NCBI GenBank assembly: GCA_902787955.1
Contig: CADAIJ010000010.1
Coordinates: 1,942-65,941, forward strand
Length of the DNA stretch: 64,000 bases
Direction of reading: 5' to 3'
DNA from: an uncultured Erysipelotrichaceae bacterium
Lineage (GTDB): Bacteria; Bacillota_I; Bacilli_A; RFN20; CAG-826
Part shown: positions 35,679-49,912 of the stretch, in pieces
Layout of the letters: every line of letters starts with the position of its first letter
Numbering within the stretch: position 1 is the stretch's first letter
The notes under the pieces: model-generated
What the model saw: only the letters and a program-made list of their open reading frames with translations
The model's database searches: none
Told to the model about the DNA's origin: nothing
Made by a program: the position numbers and the translations under genes

Positions 35679-37109
35679 TTACCTCTTCTTTAATTCTTCA
35701 AGTAATAAGTCATTAGTAAGTTTTGGGTTTACTTTGCCTTGGGTTTTCTTCATGACTTGTCCAATCATAAAGCCTAAAGCACGACCTTTACCTTCTTTAT
35801 AGTCAACGATGGAATTTGGGAATTCATCGAGAACTTCATTAATAACTTTAATGATAAATTCATTATCCGATATTTGTTCACTGATGCCTAGAGCTTTCTT
35901 AGCTTCTAAGGCAGTTAAGTTATCGGAAATCATCTTATTAAATATCTCTTTAGCTTGGTTAGATGAGATGGTGTTTTTAGCAACCATTTCCACTAAAGAG
36001 GCGAGTTCCTGTGGTTTTAATGAGAAATTAAGCACAGTAATATTGTTCTTATTTAAGTAACCATTGATATCAACATTAACCCAGTTTGCAAGGAGTTTAT
36101 ATTGCTTAGAATATTTAGTTAATTCATCGTAATAATTGCTTAAATCTTTATCGATTAAAAGTTGAGATGCATCGTATTCATTAAGTCCATATTCATTCAT
36201 ATAACGAACTTTTTTAGAATCGGCGAGTTCTGGACAATTTTTAATAGCATCATCTACAAATTCATCACTTAAAGCAATTGGGGTGATATTTGGTTCTGGG
36301 AAATATTTATAGTCAACCGCATCAGTTTTAACACGCATGAGAATTGTTTCTCGTTTAGCATCATCATAGCGGCGGGTTTCTTGAGCAATCGTACCACCTT
36401 CATTAAGAATCTTAGATTGTCGAGCAATTTCAAAGTCCACTGCTCTTTGGATATGAGAAATGGAGTTAATATTCTTAATTTCAACTTTAGTACCAAATGG
36501 TTCAGTTCCTTTTTCTCTAAGAGAAATGTTAACGTCACATCTTAGGGAACCTTCTTCCATCTTACCATCACTAACTTCACTAAAAACAACAATAGAACGA
36601 ATCTTTTCAACATATTTCATCGCTTCTTCACCACTTCTAATATCTGGACGAGAAACGATTTCGACAAGTGGAGTACCCGCACGGTTATAGTCAAGTAAAG
36701 TGAAGGTATTAAAGTGAAGTTGCTTACAAGTATCTTCTTCCATATGTAAGCGTTCGATATTGATACGTTTAGTTTTACCATCAACTTCAATCTCTAAATA
36801 ACCATCCGAACCAATTGGGCGGAGGTTTTGAGTGATTTGATAGCCCTTTGGAAGATCACTATAGAAATAGTTTTTACGATCAAAATGTAATTCATGATCA
36901 ATCTTCATATGAAGCGCATTACTCACTCTAATCGCATAGATAACCGCTTCTTTATTGACTACTGGCATAGTTCCTGGGAAGCCCATATCTAAAGGAACCA
37001 CTAAGGTATTTGGTTCTGCACCAAAAAGAACAGGACCATTAGAGAACATTTTCGATTTAGTTTTAAGTTCAACGTGGATTTCTAATCCAATGACAGGCTC
37101 AAATTCCAT
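35679..37109 (-). CDS. gatB: Asp/Glu-tRNA amidotransferase subunit B
   Basis: MEFEPVIGLEIHVELKT... canonical GatB N-terminus and length. Confidence 0.9.
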   Translation of the reverse strand: MEFEPVIGLEIHVELKTKSKMFSNGPVLFGAEPNTLVVPLDMGFPGTMPVVNKEAVIYAIRVSNALHMKIDHELHFDRKNYFYSDLPKGYQITQNLRPIGSDGYLEIEVDGKTKRINIERLHMEEDTCKQLHFNTFTLLDYNRAGTPLVEIVSRPDIRSGEEAMKYVEKIRSIVVFSEVSDGKMEEGSLRCDVNISLREKGTEPFGTKVEIKNINSISHIQRAVDFEIARQSKILNEGGTIAQETRRYDDAKRETILMRVKTDAVDYKYFPEPNITPIALSDEFVDDAIKNCPELADSKKVRYMNEYGLNEYDASQLLIDKDLSNYYDELTKYSKQYKLLANWVNVDINGYLNKNNITVLNFSLKPQELASLVEMVAKNTISSNQAKEIFNKMISDNLTALEAKKALGISEQISDNEFIIKVINEVLDEFPNSIVDYKEGKGRALGFMIGQVMKKTQGKVNPKLTNDLLLEELKKR

Positions 37110-37110
37110 C

Positions 37111-38571
37111 TTATTTGCCCTCCTTTGCTACTAGACCATATAGTCCAGTTATTTCTTCTATCTTATTAGCGAGTTGAAGTACTTCCGCTTCATGGAAATC
37201 TTTACCCATAATATTAACTCCAAGAGGTAAATCATTTTCAAAACCAACTGGAATAGTAATTGATGGTAAACCGGTGAAGTTACCAATAACCAAATGGTTA
37301 TCTGCGATTAAGTATTCATCGCTAAGTTTATCGCTAGCATTATCAAATGTTGGGGCAACTGATGGTGCGGCGATAGTATAGATTAAGTCATATTCTTCTA
37401 AAATCTTATTAATTTCTTCCACAATACGACGTCTATTCTTTTGTGCTCTTAAGAATAATTCGTTTTGGTTTTCTCTCATTAAGGCGTAACTACCAATAAC
37501 GAATCTTCTTTTAATAAGTTCAGAGAAACCTTTTGTTCTCGCTTTAGTCATAACTTCTTGATAAGTAGCACCATCATAAGCTGGGCCAAATTTAACTCCA
37601 TCAAGGTTAGCATTATTTGATGTAGCTTCCGCGCAAGAGATAACAAAATAGGTTGGGAATAAAGTTTCTAAAAGATGACGAGAAACACTAACATAGTGGA
37701 CTTCTGCGCCTTTATTTTCTAATTCCTTAACAGTTTTAGCGAATAAATCTAATAAAGTTTTATCGCTTGTTGCTTCGTTAATTTCTTTAATAATAGCAAT
37801 TTTTTTACCTTTGATTGGTTCATTCAGTAAGCGTGTATAATCTTCAACTTCTTTAGTGGAACTTGTAGAGTCATTTAAGTCTCTTCCTGCTAAAACGTTA
37901 AGAGTATAAGCACTATCTAAAACCGAACGAGTAAAGAAACCAATCGTATCTAAACTTGGTGCAAATGGGAATAATCCAAAACGAGAAATTCTAGACCAAG
38001 TAGGTTTAAAACCAACTAAACCAGCATAGGAAGCAGGTTTGCGTGTGGAGTCGCCAGTATCAGAGGCTAACGCTAAAGGAGTAACGCCATCTGCCACTAA
38101 AGCAGCAGAACCACATGAAGATCCACCGACTAAGTGTTTGTGACTTCTATCATATGGATTATAAGTTGTTCCTAAATGACCGGTTGTACCAGTTCCACCC
38201 ATAGCGAGTTCATCTAATGTAGCTTTACAAATTGGTACTGCTTGGGCTTCTTTTAGTTTAGTTACTACAGTAGCATCAAATAATGGAACATAGCCATTTA
38301 AGATATTACTACTAGCGGTAGTAGGAACATCTTTTGTGGACATATTATCTTTAATAATAAATGGAATACCCCAAAGTGGATTATTAACTTCAGGTTCTTT
38401 TAAATTTGAAGCAATTTCAAGAGCCTCTTTCTCCATTAAATATTCAATAGCGTTATTTGTGTCTTTTTTAGCTAACTCTAACGCTTCTTTAGTTAATTCA
38501 AGAGGTGTTACTTCTTTTTTAACTAATAATTCATGGAGCTCTTTGATGGTGAGATTACGATAGTTTTTCAT
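37111..38571 (-). CDS. gatA: Asp/Glu-tRNA amidotransferase subunit A (amidase family)
   Basis: Amidase signature GGSSCGSAALVA; operon position between gatC and gatB. Confidence 0.9.
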   Translation of the reverse strand: MKNYRNLTIKELHELLVKKEVTPLELTKEALELAKKDTNNAIEYLMEKEALEIASNLKEPEVNNPLWGIPFIIKDNMSTKDVPTTASSNILNGYVPLFDATVVTKLKEAQAVPICKATLDELAMGGTGTTGHLGTTYNPYDRSHKHLVGGSSCGSAALVADGVTPLALASDTGDSTRKPASYAGLVGFKPTWSRISRFGLFPFAPSLDTIGFFTRSVLDSAYTLNVLAGRDLNDSTSSTKEVEDYTRLLNEPIKGKKIAIIKEINEATSDKTLLDLFAKTVKELENKGAEVHYVSVSRHLLETLFPTYFVISCAEATSNNANLDGVKFGPAYDGATYQEVMTKARTKGFSELIKRRFVIGSYALMRENQNELFLRAQKNRRRIVEEINKILEEYDLIYTIAAPSVAPTFDNASDKLSDEYLIADNHLVIGNFTGLPSITIPVGFENDLPLGVNIMGKDFHEAEVLQLANKIEEITGLYGLVAKEGK

Positions 38572-38573
38572 AA

Positions 38574-38870
38574 TTAAAGCACCACCTTTGGAAGTTTGAT
38601 TTGTCCACCGGTCTTATTACCAGCGTTTTTAATCGCTTCTTCTCTTACTAATGGAGTTCCAGGGATATCTTCTCTTAAGAATGTAGTCGTACATTCAAAT
38701 GGGAAGGTCATTGGTTCAAGATTGTCTAAGGTATTATCTTCACCGATAAGTCTCATTTGTTTAGTGATAATATCAAATTCTTCGAGTAAGGTTTGATACT
38801 CTTCATCCGACATATCAAAAAGCAAACGGTTAGCGGCGTCTTTTAATACTTCAATGTTGTATTCTTTCAT
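38574..38870 (-). CDS. gatC: Asp/Glu-tRNA amidotransferase subunit C
   Basis: Start at ATG 38870 (MKEYNIEVLKDAANRLLFDMSDEE...) with GAGGAAAA SD. ~98 aa. The longer track ORF overlaps the ligA 3' end. Confidence 0.8.
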   Translation of the reverse strand: MKEYNIEVLKDAANRLLFDMSDEEYQTLLEEFDIITKQMRLIGEDNTLDNLEPMTFPFECTTTFLREDIPGTPLVREEAIKNAGNKTGGQIKLPKVVL

Positions 38871-38883
38871 CTTTTTTCCTCGC

Positions 38884-43151
<4,268 letters not shown>

Positions 43152-43221
43152 AATTTACCTATAGGTAATAATACCATAAGGTAGACGCTTAATAAAGAAT
43201 AATAAAACTTTATTTTCTTAT

Positions 43222-43710
43222 TTAAATGTGGAGCGCGTTTCTTATTGGAGCAACCCCAGCATATTGGTTTATTAAAGTCTTGTTTTCAATAACTAATAAA
43301 GTAGGAAATCCTCTTATTCCTAAATCATCAATATTGGTAACATTTATATTCATTGCTTTGTTTTCATCAATAACCACTGAAGATGATTCTTGAACAAAAT
43401 AAATAGTAGGAACTCCACTAAGTGCGTATTCAATGATCGGATTTTTCAGCTCTGCACAGTGCGAACAAGATAAGGAATAAAGGTATACATAATAGTTTGT
43501 TGATTCCACTAAAAAGATCTGTGACCAGAATATTTTTAAATGATTTATTTCATTATAGTCATGATTAATGAGGGCACTTATGGTTGTGCTTTGGTTAGGG
43601 TAGGATGAGTTATAGAAAGGTATGGTATTAGCCGAGCAACTGAAAGAAAAAAGCGAAAGAAATCCTATAATCAGTGCTTGGCTTTGTATTTTAAAATTGA
43701 AAATCTCCAT
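43222..43710 (-). CDS. secreted thioredoxin-fold protein with CxxC (CSHC) motif
   Basis: Start at ATG 43710 (MEIFNFKIQSQALIIGFLSLFSFSCS signal peptide). ..YVYLYSLSCSHCAELK thioredoxin-like active site. Confidence 0.5.
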   Translation of the reverse strand: MEIFNFKIQSQALIIGFLSLFSFSCSANTIPFYNSSYPNQSTTISALINHDYNEINHLKIFWSQIFLVESTNYYVYLYSLSCSHCAELKNPIIEYALSGVPTIYFVQESSSVVIDENKAMNINVTNIDDLGIRGFPTLLVIENKTLINQYAGVAPIRNALHI

Positions 43711-43902
43711 AATTGTGCCCTCACCATATAAGTAGGAAAAAATTAGAAAAAGCGCGCAAAAATTTTCTCTTAATAAACTTTTGTATCTTTGATACAGATG
43801 CATATATTAAAAATTTTTCATTATTTAGTTATTTTTATTGTTATTTTTCTAGCTCTTTCTTTATTTATTTTTTAAGTTAAATCACATAAAATCTTTGTAG
43901 AT

Positions 43903-44802
43903 ATGAAGTTTTTTAATAAGAAAGAAACCTTAATTGAAAATATGACATTTATGGCCATCACAGCTATTATCAATGTCATAGTTTCTTTAGTTGCCGGTTT
44001 TTCCGTTATCGCTTCTTTATTCTTGATTATCTTTTTACCACTTGTAAGCGCGCTTACTGAGATAGTTTGTAAAGATAAATATTATCCAATATATGCAGTG
44101 GTTGCGATTGGCTTATCCATTGTTACCACATTATGGAATATTGAAACCACTATTTTTTATACAATCCCATCAATCTTAACTGGGTTTATTTTTGGCTTCA
44201 TTTTGAAGCATAACTTTAAACCATTTTATAGTGTGGTTCTTGCTTCACTAGTTCAAGCTGGATTTGTCATGCTTTCCATCCTTTTTATTAACTATGTTTT
44301 AGAGATTGATATTGTTAATACTTTTAAGACTGCGCTAGGCTTAATTGACTCTCCAATAATTGCAATAATTTTCCCATCCGCGGTACTTCTTGCGGGTTTT
44401 ATTGAAATGTCGCTTGCATATTTTGTTATTCAAGCGGAGGCTGTTAAGTTTGGAATTAGCCTTAAAGAAGAAGGCCAAAATTACATAATTCCAGTCATTG
44501 CATTTGTTTCAAGTGCATCCTTATTTGGACTATATTTTTTAGATCTAACCACAGCATATTTCTTTATGTTCTTATCATTATTTGTAATTAGTTATGTTGT
44601 AGTTTTAGCTATTGTTCAAAAGGATATTCTTTTACTAATTTTATATGGTCTCTATTTTGTGATAACCATTATTTTATATGTACTATTTGGCTCTAAATTA
44701 GCTCCTAATAGTGGCTTTTTATTACTAGGTTCTTTCCCACTATTAGTTTCCTTAACAAATTTAAGTTATTCCTTCTTGAAGAAGAAAGATAACAAAGAAT
44801 AA
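43903..44802 (+). CDS. polytopic membrane protein, hypothetical
   Basis: ~8 predicted TM helices; no recognisable motifs. Confidence 0.45.
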   Translation: MKFFNKKETLIENMTFMAITAIINVIVSLVAGFSVIASLFLIIFLPLVSALTEIVCKDKYYPIYAVVAIGLSIVTTLWNIETTIFYTIPSILTGFIFGFILKHNFKPFYSVVLASLVQAGFVMLSILFINYVLEIDIVNTFKTALGLIDSPIIAIIFPSAVLLAGFIEMSLAYFVIQAEAVKFGISLKEEGQNYIIPVIAFVSSASLFGLYFLDLTTAYFFMFLSLFVISYVVVLAIVQKDILLLILYGLYFVITIILYVLFGSKLAPNSGFLLLGSFPLLVSLTNLSYSFLKKKDNKE

Positions 44803-44815
44803 AATATTTATACTT

Positions 44816-45427
44816 ATGAAACTATTTCTCAAAACACTAGGTTATGGAGCGCTTTATATTGTGCTATCTCCTGCGATAGCGGCAATTTTAGTGTTCTATT
44901 TTATCTATTGTATTGGGATTTTCTTATTCCAAGCTATTAGAAACACTATTGTGTTTTTCTCAGGTGGAACTGTAGGTGGAGACCTTGCTCCAGATGTTGA
45001 AGCTAAGAAAATTCTTCTTCAAAAACAAAGAGATAAACTTGAAGAAAAACCTGAGCCAGCCCCACAACCACAACAAAATATCTATGTCTTTAATGGTGCG
45101 GTTCCTCAAAACGGATTCCCAAATCCGCAAAGCCAAAACATGCAAAGACCTCAATTAGATCAACAAACACCTTTTGGAATCGAGCAACAAACTCAAAAGC
45201 AAATCGCTGAACCACAAAAAGAAGTTCCTAGTGAAGAAGTCGTTGAAGAAGCACCAAAACAAAATGATATGTCTTTTGATGATGCTTTAATGCAAGCTTT
45301 AGGAATTAAATCAAAAAGACCAGACATGTCTGATGAAAGTCCAAAAGAATCTCATTCAATGCCTAAATTCAATGAGAATGATTTTGATGATATAACAGTT
45401 TCTAGCGAGGAGGATGACGATGAATAA
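44816..45427 (+). CDS. membrane-anchored protein with Pro/Gln-rich and acidic disordered tail, hypothetical
   Basis: N-terminal TM hairpin, then PEPAPQPQQ... low complexity, ending SSEEDDDE. Confidence 0.45.
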   Translation: MKLFLKTLGYGALYIVLSPAIAAILVFYFIYCIGIFLFQAIRNTIVFFSGGTVGGDLAPDVEAKKILLQKQRDKLEEKPEPAPQPQQNIYVFNGAVPQNGFPNPQSQNMQRPQLDQQTPFGIEQQTQKQIAEPQKEVPSEEVVEEAPKQNDMSFDDALMQALGIKSKRPDMSDESPKESHSMPKFNENDFDDITVSSEEDDDE

Positions 45428-46091
45428 TTTATTTATCATTTATGATAAAGTCATGCCAGAAGACGCTAGAAGATTAATCATCTACGCTCTCCTTATTTTA
45501 GTGTTATTCATTATTATTGTAGGAGCAATCGGCGCTTTAGTTCGTCATATTATGAAAGAACAAGGTAAACAAGCCGATGGTTTAGTTCATGATGTCGTAG
45601 TAACTGGTGTAATTACTTCGGAAAAGAAATTATTCTGGTTTGGCGTTAAGAAAAACCAAAGATTATTCTTTAAAGAAGCCTGGATTCCTTTCTTAATAAT
45701 GCTTGTTTCTTCTTTAATCCTTCTTATCTTCTGCATCACAAATAATGCTTGGGGTAAGAACCCATTCGGCATGGATCAATTTGGAACAATCTTCCACCAC
45801 TTCGACTGGGATGGCGCTAAAGGTGAATTCTTTGGAATGTGGATTGTTGTTCGTTGGCCAGAAGTTATTTCTGAACCACATTTCAGTGCAGATGCCTGGG
45901 GCTCATATATTTTCGTTCCAGGAATTCTAGTTGGAGGAATTTGGTTCTTAGTGGATGTCCAAGCTTATATTGCTCGCGACTGGAAATTATACAAATTATC
46001 AAAAAGAGTCTTTAACAAGACCCTTGATGATTATAATCCTAATGATGCTCCCGCTCAGGAAGCTAATCCGGAAAACCCGGAAAATGAATAG
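45414..46091 (+). CDS. membrane protein, hypothetical
   Basis: 3-4 TM helices; overlaps the upstream gene by 14 nt (operon). Confidence 0.45.
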   Translation: MTMNNLFIIYDKVMPEDARRLIIYALLILVLFIIIVGAIGALVRHIMKEQGKQADGLVHDVVVTGVITSEKKLFWFGVKKNQRLFFKEAWIPFLIMLVSSLILLIFCITNNAWGKNPFGMDQFGTIFHHFDWDGAKGEFFGMWIVVRWPEVISEPHFSADAWGSYIFVPGILVGGIWFLVDVQAYIARDWKLYKLSKRVFNKTLDDYNPNDAPAQEANPENPENE

Positions 46092-46092
46092 T

Positions 46093-46248
46093 TTATTTAG
46101 TAACTAAAGTAACAATTTCAATAACAATAAAAGCCAATAGGAGAATATCGATTATAAGGAAAAGACCGAAGAACCTATTGGTTTTTCTTTGTTCTTTGAT
46201 TTCTTTACCAGAAACTTTTTCCTTAGTTAAATCTACTTCTTGTGCCAT
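46093..46248 (-). CDS. small C-tail-anchored membrane protein (51 aa), hypothetical
   Basis: MAQEVDLTKEKVSGKEIKEQRKTNRFFGLFLIIDILLLAFIVIEIVTLVTK. ATG 8 nt after the asnS stop; no SD. Below the ORF-track size cutoff. Confidence 0.25.
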   Translation of the reverse strand: MAQEVDLTKEKVSGKEIKEQRKTNRFFGLFLIIDILLLAFIVIEIVTLVTK

Positions 46249-46256
46249 AAAGTTTA

Positions 46257-47795
46257 TTAATATTTGATTGGATCAGATGTTCTTGGATATGGTTGGACAT
46301 CACGGATGTTACTCATACCAGTGCAGTACATAAGTAAGCGGTCAAAGCCAATACCGAAGCCAGCGTGTTTACAACCACCATATTTTCTTAAATCAAGGTA
46401 CCATTCAAGACCTTTGAGGTTGCCACATTCTTCCATTTTCTTCTTAAGTAAGTCATAACGTTCTTCTCTTTGAGAACCACCAACAAGTTCACCAACATAA
46501 GGAACGAGTAAGTCGCATGCGGCAACTGTCTTACCATCATCATTAAGTCTCATATAGAAAGCTTTTTGTTCTTTTGGATAGTCAGTAATGAAGACTGGAC
46601 CTTTTACAACAACTTCAGATAAATATCTTTCGTGTTCAGATTGTAAATCCATACCCCAGAAGATATTTTCGTTATCAAATTTATGACCGTGTTCTTTCGC
46701 ATATTTAAGTTCTTCAATCGCATCAGTATAAGTCATACGTTTGAAGTCACTATCTCTAACCGCGGTTAATCTATCAAATAAGGTGTTATCAACCCATTGA
46801 TTGAAGAAGGCTAATTCATCTTTGCAATCATCTAAAGCATAGTTAATGCAATATTTAATACATTGTTCGATACAATCCATATCACCTTCTAAGTCACAGA
46901 ATGCCATTTCTGGTTCAATCATCCAGAACTCAGAAGCGTGTCTAACTGTATTAGAATGTTCCGCGCGGAAAGTTGGACCAAATGTATAAACATTTCTAAA
47001 GGCTAAAGCGAAAGATTCAACATGAAGTTGGCCAGAAACTGATAAGCTAACTGGCTTGCCAAAGAAAGCATTTGGATCTTTATCTTTTGTGACAACATTA
47101 AATGTTTCACCCGCACCTTCTGCATCGTTAGCAGTTAAGATTGGAGTGTGAACATACATAAAGCCATTTTGTTGGAAGAAAGAGTGAATTGCCATTGATA
47201 AAGAGTTTCTCACTCTATAAACAGCATTAAACATGTTCGCTCTTGGTCTTAAGTGAGCAATATCACGTAGGAACTCAAGTGAATGGCGTTTCTTTTGAAG
47301 TGGATAATCTTGATCGACTTGACCTAAAAGTTCCCATTCTTCAACATGAATTTCAAATGGTTGTTTACCTTCTGGAGTAAGTACTAATCTACCAGTAACT
47401 TCAATGGCGGCACCGGTAATAATGTGACTTAGTTCTTCATAGTCTTTTGTTTTATCACTAGAATAAACAAGTTGGATATTATTGAAGCAAGAGCCATCGT
47501 TTAAAGCGATAAAACCAATGGAACCATTATCTCTATTAGTTCTAACCCAGCCAGATAAGACGAGATTAGATTCTTTAAGAATCTTTAAATAATCTTCCTC
47601 TTCTTCATCATGATGGCAGCATTCATGTTCTTCTTCGTGGCTATGGCAGCATTCATGTTCTTCGTTTTCATGTTTATGATGACCACAGCAACATTCATGT
47701 TCATTTTCCATCATTGATTCGGAAATGACAGTGTATATGTCTCTTACTAATACTTCATATGTTTCCATTTGCGTTACCTCTTTTATAGTATTCAA
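46257..47795 (-). CDS. asnS: asparaginyl-tRNA synthetase with His/Cys/Glu-rich N-terminal extension
   Basis: Class II motifs; AsnRS signature FRAEHSNTVRHASEFWMIEPEMAF; anticodon-binding LVLSGWVRTNRDNGSIGF. Preceded by ~70 aa containing HECCCGHHKHENEEHECCHSHEEEHECCHHDEEEED. Confidence 0.85.
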   Translation of the reverse strand: MNTIKEVTQMETYEVLVRDIYTVISESMMENEHECCCGHHKHENEEHECCHSHEEEHECCHHDEEEEDYLKILKESNLVLSGWVRTNRDNGSIGFIALNDGSCFNNIQLVYSSDKTKDYEELSHIITGAAIEVTGRLVLTPEGKQPFEIHVEEWELLGQVDQDYPLQKKRHSLEFLRDIAHLRPRANMFNAVYRVRNSLSMAIHSFFQQNGFMYVHTPILTANDAEGAGETFNVVTKDKDPNAFFGKPVSLSVSGQLHVESFALAFRNVYTFGPTFRAEHSNTVRHASEFWMIEPEMAFCDLEGDMDCIEQCIKYCINYALDDCKDELAFFNQWVDNTLFDRLTAVRDSDFKRMTYTDAIEELKYAKEHGHKFDNENIFWGMDLQSEHERYLSEVVVKGPVFITDYPKEQKAFYMRLNDDGKTVAACDLLVPYVGELVGGSQREERYDLLKKKMEECGNLKGLEWYLDLRKYGGCKHAGFGIGFDRLLMYCTGMSNIRDVQPYPRTSDPIKY

Positions 47796-47824
47796 TATTA
47801 TATGTGTCTTTTAATGAACTTTCA

Positions 47825-48835
47825 TTAATATTCTTTATATTTATCGATTCTCCAGTTTGGATCACTAGAGATAGTTAAAGGTGCAAAGACCTTCATTTCA
47901 TATAAGTGTTCACCTAATTTCGCAATCATCGCGGCGTTATCGGTCGTGCACCAAATAGGTGGAACGATTAAATCGATTGGAGAATTATCGAGTCTTTCGT
48001 GCATTCTTTCTCTTAAATAAGAGTTGGCAGAGACCCCACCTGCTAAAACGACTTGTTTAATATCATATCTTTCAATTGCTTTATCAAGTCGATCCATCAC
48101 CATACCAATCGCGGTATCTTGAAATGACTTACATAAATCAGGAACATTAATTTCATTTCCTCTCGCTTTTTCATTATTAACAAGATTAATAACGGCAGTC
48201 TTAAGTCCTGAATAAGAGAAATTAAGGCTATCATCATGAAGCGGAGTAGGTAATTTATAAGTGTGTTTACCTTCTTTGGATAATTTATCAATTGGAATAC
48301 CACCTGGATAAGGAAGGCCAAGAGTTCTCGCCACCTTATCAAAGCATTCACCAATTGCATCATCTTTAGTTTCTCCGATGATTTCAAATTCCATCGTATT
48401 TTTCATATATACGAATTCGGTGTTACCCCCACTAACAACGATAGATAGAAGTGGGAATTTAAGTTCTTTTACGTATTCGTTCGCGTAAATATGACCAGCT
48501 AAATGATGGACTGGAATTAATGGTTTTTCATATAGCATCGCCAGTGTTTTAGCCATTTGCATGCCGACATGAAGCGCGCCAATTAAGCCTGGACCACGGG
48601 TAAAAGCAAAAGCATCAATTTCTTCTAAAGTAACATTAGCTTCTCTAAGTGCTTCATCTAAAACAAATAAGATATTTTCCGCGTGTAATCTTGATGCAAC
48701 TTCTGGCATTACTCCACCGAATTGTTGATGCATCTTAATTTGAGTAGCAACAACATTACTTAATAGTTTTCCATCACGAGTAATAGCGATTGAAGTTTCG
48801 TCACAACTAGATTCAAGTCCTAATATAGTAGCCAT
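47825..48835 (-). CDS. tsaD: tRNA N6-adenosine threonylcarbamoyltransferase
   Basis: Kae1/Gcp family (ILGLESSCDETSIAI..., HxxGH metal site HLAGHIY). ATG at 48835 with AAGGTGG SD; 2 nt after the rimI stop. Confidence 0.85.
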   Translation of the reverse strand: MATILGLESSCDETSIAITRDGKLLSNVVATQIKMHQQFGGVMPEVASRLHAENILFVLDEALREANVTLEEIDAFAFTRGPGLIGALHVGMQMAKTLAMLYEKPLIPVHHLAGHIYANEYVKELKFPLLSIVVSGGNTEFVYMKNTMEFEIIGETKDDAIGECFDKVARTLGLPYPGGIPIDKLSKEGKHTYKLPTPLHDDSLNFSYSGLKTAVINLVNNEKARGNEINVPDLCKSFQDTAIGMVMDRLDKAIERYDIKQVVLAGGVSANSYLRERMHERLDNSPIDLIVPPIWCTTDNAAMIAKLGEHLYEMKVFAPLTISSDPNWRIDKYKEY

Positions 48836-48837
48836 AA

Positions 48838-49320
48838 TTAAAACCACCTTCCTAAGTATAAGGCGGTCTCCCCGTCTTTATAGTATCCTGGTTTCTTTCT
48901 AAGTTCTTTAAAACCAAGCTTTTTATATAAGTTAATTGCTTTAGTGTTCGATTCTCTAACTTCTAAAGTCATAGTTTCAATAAAGTTTTCTTCGATTTCT
49001 TTTTCATCTTTAAGAAGTTTATTGGAAGAGATGATTAAATTAATCATTTCATTCATTAAAGCTTCTCCAACACCTTGTTTACGGTATTCTTTCTTCACTG
49101 CGATTTGTGCGATTGTGGAAGAATTAAAGGTAATGTAATAAATAATAAATCCAATAACTTTGTTATTAAGTTCAGCGACTAAGATTCGAGCGAAAGGATT
49201 TGTTTGAAATTCTGATTCAAGATTTTCTTTCTTCCAAGGATCAATAAAAGATTCGGATTCTATTTCTAAAATCTCATCAACATCATTTATAGAAGCATTA
49301 CGAATAATTAAATCAGTCAT
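48838..49320 (-). CDS. rimI: ribosomal-protein-alanine N-acetyltransferase (GNAT)
   Basis: GNAT motif QIAVKKEYRKQGVGEALM; conserved position between tsaB and tsaD. Confidence 0.8.
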   Translation of the reverse strand: MTDLIIRNASINDVDEILEIESESFIDPWKKENLESEFQTNPFARILVAELNNKVIGFIIYYITFNSSTIAQIAVKKEYRKQGVGEALMNEMINLIISSNKLLKDEKEIEENFIETMTLEVRESNTKAINLYKKLGFKELRKKPGYYKDGETALYLGRWF

Positions 49321-49912
49321 TATTATATAAATCCTTTAAATAAACTGGATTGAGTTTATAAATATTTTCCACAAGATACTTATCGTTAAGCCCACTTAAT
49401 AAAGCATTAGCAACATTAAATTTTGCAGATTCAATTCCTAAATGTTCGGTCTCACCACTTACAAGATAGGTTGGGTGATTCTTAATATATTCAAGAACTT
49501 GTTCATTCTCTAAAATTTGGTCTTTTTCAATAACTTCATCATCATTATAAACCGCAAAATAAGAACGGTTAGAACGGGCGTTAGTTATGCAAATAGTGGA
49601 CTTCTGCGGGATTTTAAATAATCCAAGAGAAGAAACAGCATATATTTTAGCTTTCAAAACATAGCCCATTGTTTTAGCGATTGTTAAAGCAATTCTTACG
49701 CCTGTATATGAACCTGGACCAATGCCTACCACTATAGAATCAATATCTTCTTTTTTTATATTATTTCTTTTCATGATGTTGTGGATTTCTTCCACCATAA
49801 CTTCGGATTGTCTTTGCCAAGCGTTATAAGTGATATCATCCACTAAAACACCTTCTTTAGCTAAAGCAACACAAAGAAGACGATTAGAACTATCTAATAA
49901 AAGTTGATACAT
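49313..49912 (-). CDS. tsaB: tRNA threonylcarbamoyladenosine biosynthesis protein TsaB
   Basis: YeaZ-like inactive Kae1 homolog (MYQLLLDSSNRLLCVALAK..); operon context. Confidence 0.8.
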   Translation of the reverse strand: MYQLLLDSSNRLLCVALAKEGVLVDDITYNAWQRQSEVMVEEIHNIMKRNNIKKEDIDSIVVGIGPGSYTGVRIALTIAKTMGYVLKAKIYAVSSLGLFKIPQKSTICITNARSNRSYFAVYNDDEVIEKDQILENEQVLEYIKNHPTYLVSGETEHLGIESAKFNVANALLSGLNDKYLVENIYKLNPVYLKDLYNND

